DNA from: Lama glama
Lineage: Eukaryota
DNA length: 64,000 nt
Assembly (NCBI GenBank): GCA_028534125.1
Contig: CM052818.1
Span: 21,020,001-21,084,000 of the forward strand
Direction: 5' to 3'
Shown here one piece after another: positions 49,980 through 63,275 of this stretch. How positions within the stretch are numbered: the first letter of the stretch is position 1; every line of letters starts with the position of its first letter. A program made the position numbers and the translations under genes. The notes under the pieces were generated by a model. The model searched no databases, was not told the origin of the DNA, and was given only the letters and a program-made list of their open reading frames with translations.

Positions 49980-51860
49980 GGGCCGCCTCTCTGTCCCGCA
50001 CCTCATTCCCGGCACAGGCCGGTGCACACCGCCGCAGGCTTGGGCTGTGTGCGCAGGGCGCCCGCGGCGCTGCAGGGAGTGTGTCCGGGAAGAATCGGGG
50101 GCGCAGGAAGTAACCGCAGAGGAATGGAGCCCCTGAATTTGAGGGCAGCGCCGGAATGGTGTGTGCCGTCGTCCATAACTTCCTTGGCTTCGCTGCTTCT
50201 TTCCTAAAGTGGCTGGAGAGTAACCCTCCCTCGCGCCAGCTCCGGCCTCCAAGGGCCCAAATGCCGGGCCTTGCTTGGGAACTCCCGACCCTGGCTGGCC
50301 GGATCCGCTGGGGATGTGTCTCTCTCTTCCATCGCAAGGCCGGAGCTCACAGGATGCGCTTTCGGCCTAACCCGCTGGCGACACCCGAGAGCCGGGATCT
50401 TCTCCCCTGCTCATCCACAACCCAACGGAAATACTCCGTCCCAGTCCCGACCCCAGCCTGGAAGCTCGGCGCCAGGGCCGGGGAGCAGAGACAAAAGAGC
50501 AATGTTGGAGATGTCCTGGCCCCAGGGCAGCAGTGTGCGGTCCCCAAAGTGCGGGAGGAGTGTGTGGAGAGGTCAAGCCTGGGTCAGTCTCAAAGCCGGG
50601 GTCAAGGTTGAGCGACGCTTCCCAGGGGCAGGTTGCGGCGTGGGAGCCCGAGGCGCGGGGGGTAGCCTCATCTGTGCAAACCGTCCGCATCTAAAGGGCT
50701 TCAGGGAAATCAAGAGGGGAAAGAGTGGGAAAAGCCCGAGACTTGCGCATTCTTTGGTGTTTCCTCCGCGCTGAGCCCGATCCCGAATTTATTCACAGCC
50801 ATCCCCCCAACTAACGCCGTCAGGTCTCGGGGCTCCCAGCCCGTGAGGCCACCCTCGCTTACGGTCTAGTCCTCCGATCCGGGCCCTGAGGGTCCGAGCA
50901 AACTCCAGTTCGCCTCTTCCCGCCCGTCTCCGCGGGGGCCACTCCCGAGGCCCAGGAGGTGGCAGAATCGGGGCTGCAGACGCCTTAGCGGCAGCCCACC
51001 TCCGCCTCCAAACGAGATGCCCAGGCCGTGCCTCACACCACCCCTCCCCAGAGCCCCCGGGCGCCAGGCCTTCCCTTCTCTCCCGGCCCCAAGCGCGGCA
51101 GCCCCCGCGCCCCGCCGCTGTGACCGCTGCTCCCCTCGGAAACCTGCAGGCCGGGAGGGGCCCGCCGCCGCGCCCGGTCCAAAGCCTTCTCCACCGAGCT
51201 GCCCAGCCCGACACCCTGGGCCTTCCCGTCGGCCTCCAGCTCATCGGAGACACTTTTCGGCGCCTACTCTCCGCCCCGCTCCTCGGCGCCTCTGGACATC
51301 CCTTGGCCGCGGGGCGTGCTCGGCAGGACCCCGCGAAGACGCCGCCCGCCGGGGCCCCGGGGCTGCGAGCGTTACCCGCGCCGCCGGCCGGCCCCGGGCG
51401 TCCCTCCTTGCCGGCGGGGCGCTGCGTGAAGGGCTCCGGGAGGGAACCGCAGGCACCAGCAGACGCCCAACCCTCCGCGCTCCCGCTGCGCAGTGCCGAG
51501 AGCCACGTGAGCCGAACTCACGCAGCACCCGGCCCGAGTCCCGGCTGCCCGCGGCGCCGCCGGAAAGAGCCTCCGCGCCGCCGCCCGGGGCGCGCAGCCG
51601 CCGCCGCCGCCGCCGCCGCCGGCCTGCCGCGCCCCTGCCGCCGCCCGTCCGCACCTGCACCCTCTTCTCCCGCTTGCCTTCCAACCGTGTGTAGAAATTA
51701 CACAAACTTAAAAAAAATTTTTTTTTCAGAGATATGCACGAAAAAGACAAGGGGGGGTTCGACAATCCGAGGGCCGAGGCACAGAAATTCGAACTGGCCC
51801 AGAGCGACCTTGTTTTGGCGAAGACTCATTTACTGAGCGGGAGAGGCGGCAGCAATGGGT
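49980..51860. promoter_or_regulatory. CpG island (candidate promoter or orphan CGI)
   Basis: Very GC-rich with dense CpG, peaking at about 50900-51660, against a CpG-depleted background. No recognisable protein. Confidence 0.9.
51597..51620 (+). repeat. (GCC)8 trinucleotide repeat
   Basis: Direct reading, inside the CpG island. Confidence 0.95.
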
Positions 51861-53923
51861 GTGCGGAAAGGGAAGCTATTCTTAAAAGACAGTGATCAAC
51901 AGCTTCAGTTGATGTCGAAAAATGATCCAAACTTCAGTTTCTTTCCGTGGACTTGTCCTAATTGAAATCCCGATTGCAAGCAAAAACCAAAACTTGAATT
52001 CATTGATGAAGGTCCTGTTAAAAGAGGCCAACGAGAGTACAAGACATACGACAATTAAATTGTTAGGTGATGCGACTGCCATAGTAGACTTTTTGGAGAC
52101 GTTCTAATGAATTTTTTTATTACGTTTTTTAAGGTGCAGAATTTAGGTAAACAACTTTCCCTACAGCTAACAATCCCAGATAATAACGGTTACTTTCCTA
52201 ATGTAAAAATTCTTGGTGATGTATCACCTAAAACAGCATTCACAGATTTCCAATTGTGTAACAAGCAGCAGAACATAACCAGGCTGAAGAACTGTTAAGT
52301 CCCCTTATGTAAATATCTAATTCCATCATTCAAAAGTAGCTGGCTTATATAGTAAATCTTAATCACAGGGCCAAGCTTAGCTGTCCTTTCATAAATAATA
52401 TCTCAACTTTCCTCCAACCCCAAAGAAGACAAACTATAATGTCAGTGTTTTGTTCTTTAGAGGGAATAAATTGTCCTTTTCAGCCGCCTCAGTTGCTCAG
52501 GAATGAGATGTGCTAAGCATTCTTATGAGGATATTTTGGAAGATGGTGCAGGTGTGGGCTGACTTAAATTACTTGGCTTTTGTGTTTTCCTAAAAGGTCA
52601 AATGTAGGATCTGGTTTTAGGGCAGGCAGAGAGAAGATTTCCTGACATGAGTTAAAATGCCCATGTGCCCAAGCTCAGATGGAGGAGATAATACAAACCT
52701 GATAAAGCACGAAGCTGATGCATCCTGAAAAACGATGTGCCTATCAGCATGCATGTCATCAATCAAAAATTATTTAATGTTTACACTCAATTAACCAAAT
52801 GACTCCACCATTTTGCGAATTTTCACAAATTATCAATTAGTAAGATGATCAGTAAAATCTTCCACACCCTGTCACTTGTGTAATGGTAAATTATTGAGCA
52901 GTATTTTAACTTGTAGGAATATTGAGTAGTTTGGGAATTTGTGATGTGGTTAAAAATGGAGTGCAAGATTTTTACAGTTAAATTTTCTGAACTAGTAGAA
53001 AATACTAACAGAATTAATCAAGGGTTTGGTTGGGTTTCTTTTTAAATCATTTTGGAACTAAATTGAGGAAAAATCAGAACAGCTCTAACATCTGAAGACA
53101 TGAGTTGAGTATATGGTTTCTTGAATGATTTTCTATATAAAATAAGTAAGTGGCTTATAAGAAAGCCTCTGCTTAATTAAACATAAAATTGGCTATATTA
53201 AGATACATTATTTTTGTCTTATATAACTATAATTCCTTGCATACCAACATAAACTAACAGCTATGTTGGCTATATTCCCTAAGTATCAGTAATTTAAATT
53301 CCCTGAATATAATTGACCTCATTAAGTTGAATCATAGGACATAAAAGCTACTGGGGAAACTCTTTATGTACAATTATGCAGATCAGTAGTAGTTTTTAAG
53401 ACACTAATAACTAGACACATAAATTTTCTGGGTTGAAGGAGAGACTGTAAATCTATCTTGTATAATTTTCTAGCCATCTTTTAATATGAGATAAATTATA
53501 GCATATAAACATCCTTGGGATCTGTTTTATTATAAGGAAATAATTTTCTTTGCTGTCAGATGCCCACAAGGGCAAATTGTGATCTGAGAGCTGTCAAATT
53601 TGATGATTCAACACATAATTTTAAACTATTTCTCAGAAAGGCTCTCAGACTATCAATAGTATCTTACCTCTGAGAAATGCATTTAAAAATATAAAATTAG
53701 TGACATTAATATTGAATTTTCATATTTGTACACAGATATGAAAATATGTGTAAGTAAAGACTAAAGATCGAGGTCCAATTGAAGAAGGACATTAAAAATT
53801 ACACTTGAGCAAAAATTAATCTATTTTACCAACAGTTCTTGCAGTATTTTCTCTCTCAAGTTCTGCCTTTTACAATGACGAGATTGCTCAGGGATCTGTT
53901 CACCAACCTCACACAGCTGCAGC

Positions 53924-53960
53924 TGTGTGTGTCTGTGTATCTGTGTGTGTGTGTGTGTGT
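53924..53960. repeat. Imperfect (TG)n microsatellite
   Basis: Direct reading. Confidence 0.9.
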
Positions 53961-54699
53961 TTCAATCTCCATTCACCTTTGCAGGGCAAAGAAATAAAAG
54001 AATGAAAATCCTGAGCTGACACACATAAGGACTTATAGTTTATTAATCGGAGAATTTAGCTTATCCCCTCCGCTATTCATCTGAAATTAATTAAGTGTGT
54101 AGAATTACAAGGTGGGTGTATCTGAGACAGCAGGCTCTGCTCGGACTAATCAAAAGGGCACATGTTGAATGAGCACAATTTAGTTAAGGTTAATCCAGTG
54201 AAGATGATACCTCCCTGGTCTTAATTACTCTAGGTGATAGATTGTGGAATGGCAAAGTAGGAAGGAAGGGAAATTTGGTCCTCCTGAATACCAGGATTTT
54301 CTAATTTAATTTAGTGCTCTCTGTTTTCACAGAAGCAAACAGTTTCCATTCAGAGAGCAGGACCACACTCTCTGGGTTCTTATTTAAGGTGGGTCAGAGA
54401 AGAAAAAGAATTGTATATGTATTTTTGAGAAAAAATAAATGGAAATCAAAGATGAACACCTCAGAGGTATTGGTGATAATGTGTCTTGCATTACTGACAA
54501 GTCAATTCAGAATTTTATCACAACTCAGTAGATTCTTTGTGATTTATGCTGGGGGTTGTTTACTTTTTTGAACTTTCTTCTACTAGTGCCGAGACTGGTC
54601 AATGTGCTGAAATAAATAGAGACGTTTCTGTACCTACAAGACTACATTAATTAAATGCATGTATATGTATTATTAAAAACAATACCATTTAAAATATTA

Positions 54700-55045
54700 A
54701 TAAGTACACAACTAACCACCCTGGATAAATTGCACAAACATAATGTTGAGCAAAAAAGCAGATGCGAGAATACAGCCGAGAATCCATTTATATAAAGCTC
54801 AGAAACAGACAACACAAAACTATAGTGTGACAAGTCGGAATAGCAATGATTGTCAGAGGAACAGTTTGCAACAACTGAACAAGAGGGCTTCTGGGGCTGC
54901 TGATAATGTTCTGTTTCTTATTCTGAGCTGTAGTTACACAGTTGTGTCCACTTTCTGAAAATTCATTAAGCTTAGGAATCTGTGAACTTAAGATTTGTGT
55001 GGTTTTCTATACATAGGTTTTATTTCAATAAAACATTTACAAAAT
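54700..55045 (+). mobile_element. L1ME-like 3' end
   Basis: CACAAACATAATGTTGAGCAAAAAAGCAGA...TCCATTTATATAAAG...GGGCTTCTGGGGCTGCTGATAATGTTCTGTTTCTT...TTCAATAAAA. Confidence 0.8.
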
Positions 55046-56000
55046 GAAAATGAATGAGAGAAAAAATGCTAAGAAGTAAGGGGACGCGATTGTGAGACAA
55101 TACATTTTTAAAAGACCAGAGGGGTGCGGGCTGCAGATGTAATTCCAGAGGAGGGAAAATGCATTAAAATATCTAGCAAAATATTAAGAGAAAGATTTTA
55201 ATGTGTTCACTTTGCCATCTTAGTATCTGCATACTCACACAAACACTTAAATTACTCCTCAAGTGTCCAGAATTCACAAAAAATTAGAATCTTCCTTTCT
55301 TTAACATATGTTTCTTTTGCATATGATAAAGTCAGAATTTGGTTAAGGTGTTGAAGGTCTTATTCTTTGTCCCTGTTTAAGATGCAGCCCTCCTACCCAC
55401 AAAAAAGCTCATTTTCTCCTTGCACACTCATTTAAAAAAAAATCATCAGATGATTTCCTCATTTTCAGTTTTGTGATATATTTTCTGCTCGAGAGGGGGT
55501 ATCTGTTTCTGATTTATTAGCATTTGATCCCGTAGTTTCCTGCCATTGATCAAGCCTAATACTTAGCTCAGCTGATGAGTTTTATATGAAAACTGATATT
55601 TCAGGAAGACGGAAGGTTGAACCCATTTTTAATATTTTCCCCTTCATCTCTTTCAGAGTTTGACACACACAGGAGACACCTAGCCCGAAACTGTATTTAT
55701 TTTTCACTACGTCTCCCTGGTATAAAACTTTTTGGAAGTAAAACACATATTTATCAATAGAAGAGATGTTTGTCCAGTGTCATCCACATCCTGTCAACTG
55801 TATATACATTTACACCCTCTCGGCAAAACATGCCTTCACCCCACTGCTGACCGGCTGTTCGCCATTCAATCTCCAGTGAAGTCACGGTGAATAAGGTCAA
55901 CTCTTTGGAAACATCTGTATTTGATCAGTTTGCACAAAACGGGGGCCTTCCTAATGCTGGACTTCCCTGAAGTCTGATACGACAATGGTTGATTCACCAC

Positions 56001-56100
56001 NNNNNNNNNNNNNNNNNNNNNNNNNNNNNNNNNNNNNNNNNNNNNNNNNNNNNNNNNNNNNNNNNNNNNNNNNNNNNNNNNNNNNNNNNNNNNNNNNNNN
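56001..56100. other. Assembly gap (100 N)
   Basis: Run of N. Confidence 1.
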
Positions 56101-56509
56101 TTCATTCTACTGATAGAGAATTTAGAAAATCCCCAGTTAGGTGTTTACAAAGTTTGTTTATGACATTTAAAAAATACACGGGTTTGACTGTCGTTCATTT
56201 ACAAGGAGGGTGGAACAAGAGGCTGACAAGACTAGTTCATCAGTTACGTTCTCACTGACGGGCTTCTGAGCATAATAAGTACCGATCAGGAGGCAAGAGA
56301 CCCACGAGACAGTCCCCTTCCTCAGGAGCTACGGGGGACAAGATAAAAATACAAGAGAATGTAAATAACAGAAAAGGCGAGAAGTCTCAGGTAGCTAGTC
56401 AGTGGTACAGCCATTAACGTGCATATTATCCATCCTTCCCCTATGGTAGGCACATCAAAACTGGTTCTTGGTTTAAGATGTTCCCCAGCCCCTCATCGTT
56501 GGCTACGCT

Positions 56510-56690
56510 GGGGTCAGACAGACCTGCATTATCATCCCAGCACTTCTGGGACCTAGAGTGCATTACTGAACTCCTCTCTGCCTTACCTCCTCGTCTGTAA
56601 ATAATAGTATTACTACCTCCTCGGACAGGTTGTTCAGCGAGACACTGGACACAGAGTGCTTAAAGCACTGCCGAGGACGTACACCAGCCT
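56510..56690 (+). mobile_element. MIR SINE
   Basis: CTCTCTGCCTTACCTCCTCGTCTGTAAATAATAGTATTACTACCTCCTCGGACAGGTTGTT. Confidence 0.6.
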
Positions 56691-59600
56691 CGGCACTGTC
56701 AGCTCTGACTGGCATCCATATTCCCACTGTTCCCCTGCCTCCCACCTCAGCTGGCTGTGCTGTGTTTAATGTCAACTGATTCCATTTGGGTAAAAAGAAA
56801 TCGTTTTGAAATACTTCAGTAGGCTGCTTTTTTTAAATGCTTAGTGCTTTCAAGTCTCCTGGCTCTCCCAAACACAACCTGATTCAACAGGGACGGAAAT
56901 GTAGGGTAATTCACGTCACCATGTTTTCCCCTAAGTGCAAAATACACACTGTACAAGTAAAGGAACAGCTTTTTCCACCGCAGAAGGATTCACTTTTTAA
57001 AGGTGTTGCAGTGGGTATAGAAGCCATTCTTGGCACCGAGGCCATTTGGTCCCAAATGTCAATATTTTGGAAAACCTGACCTTCTTGCACAGTTTTAACT
57101 GACTTTCTGCAAGTGACTCAAATACTTTTTGTCACCTCAGTCTAGTCCCACATGGTGGCAGTTTTCTTACTCCTCTCTGCTTTGAGTCAACTGACGGCCA
57201 AGGGACCCCGCTGCCTTCTTTCTCTGGCAACCTCCCTCTCAGTCAAGGCCTCCAACGGGGGCTCCCCTTCTCCCTCATCTTCTAGGTCTGCCTCTGGATC
57301 TTTAAGACACTGTGCATCTCCTGCACTGCCTCTGACCGCTTCACCCTCAGCAACCCTCTCTATGCAGCCCAGGCTGCTCCTCTTCTCTTCCCTCTTGGCC
57401 AGCCAGGTCTTCCCTCGGCACGAGTCTCAGTTCCCACTGAAACCCTGGCGAGCTCCCTTAAGGTTGTGAGCAGCAGCCCTCCTGAGCGCTCTTCTTTCAA
57501 AATCAGACTTGCCCAAGTTTCTCCCTTTGTTTTGCTCCCCAAACTAAGCTCACTGTGCCCTTGACCTTTGCTCTGTCTCTCTTCTCTGGTGTTCCTCATG
57601 CATAATACTTGTCTGTCCTTGAGTGACAGGGCAGGGGCATTAGGGGGAGATGAAGGAAAGGTCGGAGCAGTGGCTCCTAGCCCCCCTTGGTTCATCTTTC
57701 TTTCTCCTTCTGCTGATCCATGAAGACAGCGCTGGAGCTGCCATAACCTCCTCCTCCAGGATTACTTCGGAGGGGTCTGCTTTCCCTCACCTACCTGCCT
57801 GCCAGCACGATCCAAATACAGTATATTCCAGGGTTCAAACGTGTCACAATGTCCCTTCTCTGGGTATGGAAACCCCTTCACTTTTGGATCATTTCTTCAG
57901 GGATGGTTCTTGACAAGAGCTATGCCAATCCAGTTCTTTAAGAACGAGGCATGTTGCTGTCATTGGATTAAAAGTCCCTTTCAATTTTGTTAAATCCAAT
58001 TAACTTAAAATGTAAAGATGATCTCGGGTTGCTTTGAGCAGTGAAAGGGCAAAAAGAGAGGATGCACCATGATGGAAAAAGAACACATGTGAAAGAAGTA
58101 GAGAACGATGCAAGGGCTGTGTGATGGAGAGGGGTGCTCGGGTGGCCAGCCTTGGGGGTAGGGACTCCCGTGGGAGAAGTCAAGGCTTGTCTCTGTCTCA
58201 GGTGCTTTCCGGGATAGAAGGGAGTGTTCACAGAGATTTCTACTTAGTTTAGTGTCCAATTAACATTTTGAAACTATTCACACACTACTGAATAATAACT
58301 CAAAAAGTCAACTTAAATAATTAGATTCCCCCTCACACATAAACATTTTTGCACTCAAGCAAAGTCCTCACAATTCTAATATATCATTCTCCTAATTGCT
58401 TTAAACACTTTGAAATATAAATCAACAATAATTTGAAGATACAAAACTCATTAGTTCACTTACACTAAAATCTGCTACAAAAGAACTAATCTAACACCAT
58501 ACTCTTAAATGGGATTCTTCTTTTTCTTTGTTTTTATTCTAATGGTTAATTTTTTAGATCCTTGTTCTTCGCCTTGGGCATGATTTTTACTTTTCAACTA
58601 CCCTAACGAGTCAGAGCTACTTTCCAAGCCAAGTTCAGGTTGCAAATACAGGTGGATGATCTGGGCTACAGACAGAAGACAAATGACTTTTCAAGGACAG
58701 AGTCTGGCTGGCCAGGCACTTTATTGTATGGAGATTTTGTTCATTACATCAGAACTGTCCAAATTATATACTCTGACCAAACAGATAACCTTTTCCCCAA
58801 AATGATGCTTGTTCTGAGTATCCCACCTTAGCAATAGGACGTACAGCCTCATAGAAGTCAACTTTGATGCTGCCTCCTCTCAGTGTCTTCTCTTCCCATT
58901 TTACAGCAGGTATAATGAACTATTTTGCAATTGCTGGTTCTCAGTGGGTCCTGGCTCAGTTCCATTTTAATTCAAGTGTTTGGTAAATTTGGTAAATTTA
59001 CCAAATCACAGAGCTGCAGTATTGATGCTCGGGTTCTGCTAACTGATGACAAAGCCTTGGGCAAGTCACTTTCCCTGAGCTCCAGGTTCCTACTCTGGGC
59101 TCCACCTCTGAGGTCCAGTCAGTTCTGACCACCTGTGATGCTTCAATTCTAAGTGGCAAAATATCTGTGCCATACAACAGGAGCTGTTGGCCTTCATGGG
59201 AGGGTGTGATCAGTGCCAGATGGAGTTAGGGCAGTCCTGCAGTGGAGCTGATGGGCCAGGTGGGATGTTGAAGGATGGTAGTATTCGACTGGAAGACAGA
59301 AAGAGAAAGAGCAGCCTGGAGAATGGGGAAAGCAGGAGTAAAGGCCCAGCAGCAGGGAGTAGATAGTCCCAACGAAATAAGACTATTCAAGGAGAAACCG
59401 GTGTTGGTGGCCATCACCCCCAGGAGGGATACGCACGTTTACTAGTAGGGAACCTTGGGCATGTCTGTCCTGCCAGCTCTGTTATCTGGTACCTAAACAG
59501 CTTTCCTACTTGACAATTGTCTGTGGAATTTCCCTTGAGGATATAAATTCAAATCCAGACACACCTTAGCAAAGGTGCATTTAGTCTCTTTATCTGCTCT

Positions 59601-59704
59601 GTGTGCAGGGGCTGGCAGCGAAGGGCGCCGTCTACCAGACGCAGAGGTTTATGGGTGCGGTAGCTCTGCCCCGTTTCCCTCTTCTCCCCCAGCCCCTGCC
59701 CTCC

Positions 59705-60185
59705 TGTTACAGTTTTCTATCACTGTGACATCAACCCCTCCAAAACATGATGGCTTAAGACAACAATTTATTATTTCTCATGACTCTGTGGCTTAGTGCT
59801 GTGATTCACACAGGCAGTTCTGCTCCATGTACTATCAGCTGGGGTCACTCATGTGGCTGCATTCAGCTGCTAGATGGGCTGAGCTGGCAGGTCTAGGAAG
59901 GCTTCATGCATGTGTCTGGTGCCCTGGTGCCTCTCCATGTGGCCCTTCCTCCCAGCAGGGTGGTTTTAGGGTGGCCCAAACTCTGACATGGCCGCTGGCT
60001 TCCAAGAGGGAGGAAGCAGAAGTTGCCTGAAGGCCTGCTTTCGGATGTTCCAGAATACCATCTCCATGGTATTCTATTGTTCAGACTAAGTCGGGATGCC
60101 AGCCCAGATGAAACAGACCTCTTCGTGGGAGGAGGGACACGTGCAGAAGAGGACTTGGTGGTAGCCATCTTCGAGGGCTACCGCT
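59705..60185. mobile_element. MaLR LTR (MLT1H/G-like)
   Basis: CCAAAACATGATGGCTTAAGACAACAATTTATTATTTCTCATGACTCTGTG...CAGCTGGGGTCACTCATGTGGCTGCATTCAGCTG...GTGGTAGCCATCTT. Confidence 0.8.
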
Positions 60186-60611
60186 CCATCTCCTCCCCAC
60201 TGCCTGGTTGTGCAGGCGAGTGCTAGAGGGATTAAAACAGCAAGCAAACAGACCACAGAGCCAACACCAATCCCCACGCCAGGTCCTAGAAATTCCCGTC
60301 TCTGAGCCACTGCAACAAATGCTGGCAGCCCGGCTCATTTTGACTCTTCATCACACAACTTTGGTGACCACTCTGTTTCTCAAGTGTGGGTCTTTCTTTC
60401 CTCTCATGAGACCAAAAGCTCCCTGGGGTAGGGACCACCTGTTCTTCTCTCCTGTGCCTTACACTACCTTGAGGCAGACTAAGAGGTCCTGAAGGAAGTT
60501 GAATTTGTGTAAAATGCTGTGCACTCACTTTTCTGGAGCACTAACGGGAGGTCTGGAGTTAGAGCAGTGAACCAAGTCCCCACACTCACGGAGCTTACTT
60601 ACGTCATTCCT

Positions 60612-60870
60612 GAATAATAATGGCCATGGTGACAGTCATATCTGCAGTGGACTGAGCACCTGTCCTCTCGCTGCCTGGTACTCTGCCTGTCGCTTTACAC
60701 GTACTGTGTCCTTAACCCGCCCAACAATTCTGTGAAGAGAAGTTCTTATCCCCCTTTACAGAGGAAGAAACCAAGGCTTTACAGAGATTATGTGATTTCC
60801 CCCAGGCCAGAGGGTATCGTGACAGAGCTAGGATCCAAAGCTGAGGCCTTGTGGCTCTAAAGTGAGGCTG
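60612..60870 (-). mobile_element. MIR SINE
   Basis: CAACAATTCTGTGAAG...TATCCCCTTTACAGAGGAAGAAACCAAGGCT. Confidence 0.7.
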
Positions 60871-61056
60871 TCCCCTCCGTTCTGTTCCTTGCTAGCCATG
60901 CAGGGGGCCACTTTCCCACGCAGAGTTCTCAGTTATCCCAAGAACATCATGATATTGCCAAAACAGAAATACTAAGCAGGCAAGCAGGTGCAGACGTGCA
61001 CGTGTGGAAGAGAAGGCAGCTGATGCTGGGAAACCTATCAGCTCCGATGTTGGAAG

Positions 61057-61372
61057 CAGCGGTTCTCAATGCGGTCCGTCAGTCAAAACTATTTTCATAA
61101 CAATATGAAGATGTTGTTTGCTTTCTTCACTCTCATTCTCTTACAAGCGTGCGCTGGAGTTTATCACAGGCTATATGACATGTGATTATCACAGCAGACT
61201 GGAGGCAGAATCATGTCTGAGAATCAAACCGACATTAAAAAGTTTTTTCAAACATGAAAAATAATGTCGGGCTTCTCACTAGGTTTCTGGTTGTTGTTTC
61301 TGAATCTGTAATTATTTTCTTAAAAATATTATTTATGTTAATATATAGTGGGCTTATTATCATTTTTTTAAT
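61057..61372. mobile_element. hAT-Charlie element fragment (Charlie1/4-like)
   Basis: CAGCGGTTCTCAA terminus; GTCAAAACTATTTTCATAACAATA...TTCACTCTCATTCTC...GACATTAAA. Confidence 0.7.
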
Positions 61373-63236
61373 ACGGTGGAGGAAGTTACATTACAAACTT
61401 CTGGCTCAGTGGAAGCTAAATGTGAAAGTCTTTTCCTGAGTTTTGGTGAGCATTTACAAAGATAAATAAGACATGAAATGAGATCTTCGAGAGGAGATAG
61501 CCTGGGAACCATGAAGATCTTGCTGGAAGCGAGAGTCGAGCAGGATGTTGAATCCTCTCCCCAGCGCTGTGGTCCAGAAGCCCCAGCAGAAGTTCAAAGG
61601 CTGAGGCAGGCTTTGCTGCTCACTGCAAGTCATGCCAAACTCTCAGTAGCGCTCGAGAGCCAATGCTTTAGAAAGCACAGCCCAGGTGGATCAGTGCGTG
61701 GCCCTGAAACCCGTGGGTGTCAGGTCAGGGCTGATCTCCTAATACCCAATATCTATGCACAAATTTGGTTCAGAAAAGACGATGGGCAAAGGAACATCAG
61801 CTCATCAGCCAGGTTCTCCAGAAAGAGTTAACACCATGTCTCCCGCCTCCTCCCCAGCTCCCACCCAGATCTCTGCGTGAGGACCTGGGGGACAAAGTCT
61901 CATGGGCTCGATGCTGCGAAGAGGGTAATACATTGCTTGGCCATGGCTGAACCATGCATGGCTGCCAGCATCCTGCACTTGGGGTAGGTGGTCCCACTGA
62001 GCAACTTTATCAGACCCAAGCCATACATTTAGTTCTTTCTAGAACTTCATTATGGTTGTGAAGATGCCATGGAAGCTGTGCACAAAGCATTGATATGAGA
62101 GGCTCGGTCTACATAGCCCAGCCTCACCGTCTGACCTTCACTTAGAGGAGGAGAAGTTGATGCAGACTGCATGCAGTTCCAAGCAGAGTGCATGGAACCA
62201 GCCCCAGGCTAGCCAGTGATGTCTGCTAATGAGCTGTCAAGTTATGAAGCAGCTCAGCTCTAACAGGAGGATTCTGGGCCCCGGACAAACAGGAATAAAG
62301 TGGGTCCAGGGAGAAAGGATGAGAGCCTGAGCCCCACCAGCACGAATCTTTACTTCCTGTAGGAAACGAGTGCATAGTTTTCTTTCCTGTCCCCACCACA
62401 GGCACCCCTTTCTCCACCCCTCTCCTCTCCTATTCTTTGCTTGTCTCCTTGTCTCCTGGTCTCTCTGCTTTCCAACGCCATCTCTTCCTCATACAGCCAT
62501 CCTTCCCTTTCTCAGCTTTGGGCCTGGTATCTATGGATTTGACTTTGCCCTGCTGGAGACAACAAAGAGCAGGGGGTGCTGCTGAGCCCGCATCCTAATA
62601 GAGAAGACAAGGGGGGGAGGGGAGAAAGGGGGAGGCAGAGTCAGAGTCAGCCCAGCACCTTCAGTTTTAGAAAATAAGAAGCATATGAATCTCATCCTGT
62701 GTAGCTTTCTTTTAATTTGATTTGGATAATGATGCTATCTCTACACAACCCCAATCATAGAGATGAATGTATCTGAATATTTAGTATCATACCAACCACA
62801 TATTAAGTTGTTGACAAAACTTGTTGACTGCAAAGAGTTTGAAGAGGCTTTTAAAACTGCAAAGTAATGCATCTCTAATGCTGGAATCCCAGGCACTGAG
62901 ACAGGCTGGTGTGAGTGATATTCGGGTAAAAGAGCTATTCCAGTCCCTCTCCAGTTACACCAAACGGGTGACCATTGAGTCCAGTTATGTAAAAGGCAGC
63001 CTGCATCAATTTTCATCTGAATGCATTTGCTTGTAAACTAAAGTGACTTCTGGTGAGTTACCTTCTCCAGCCAAGAACTATAGGGCCTTAACGGTTTACG
63101 TTAGTAATTCATTTTTGTTTTAAATTGAGCACTGTTCCAGCAAAAGGTAACCTCTTAAGCTCCTCAGGTCCCATCTACAAGAATGAGCTATCTGGGTGAC
63201 CTGGCTCCAGGAACAGAGAGATGGAGCAGCATTAAA

Positions 63237-63275
63237 TCATTCATTCATTCATTCATTCATGCAATAAATATTTAA
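63237..63275 (-). repeat. (TCAT)n, probable L2 tail remnant
   Basis: TCATTCATTCATTCATTCATTCATGCAATAAATATTTA. Confidence 0.6.

Noticed and set aside
50156..51836. Long ORFs (150-238 aa) on both strands of the CpG island
   Set aside because: They are low-complexity Arg/Pro/Ala/Gly-rich, open in several frames as expected for GC-rich DNA, and have no recognisable domain.
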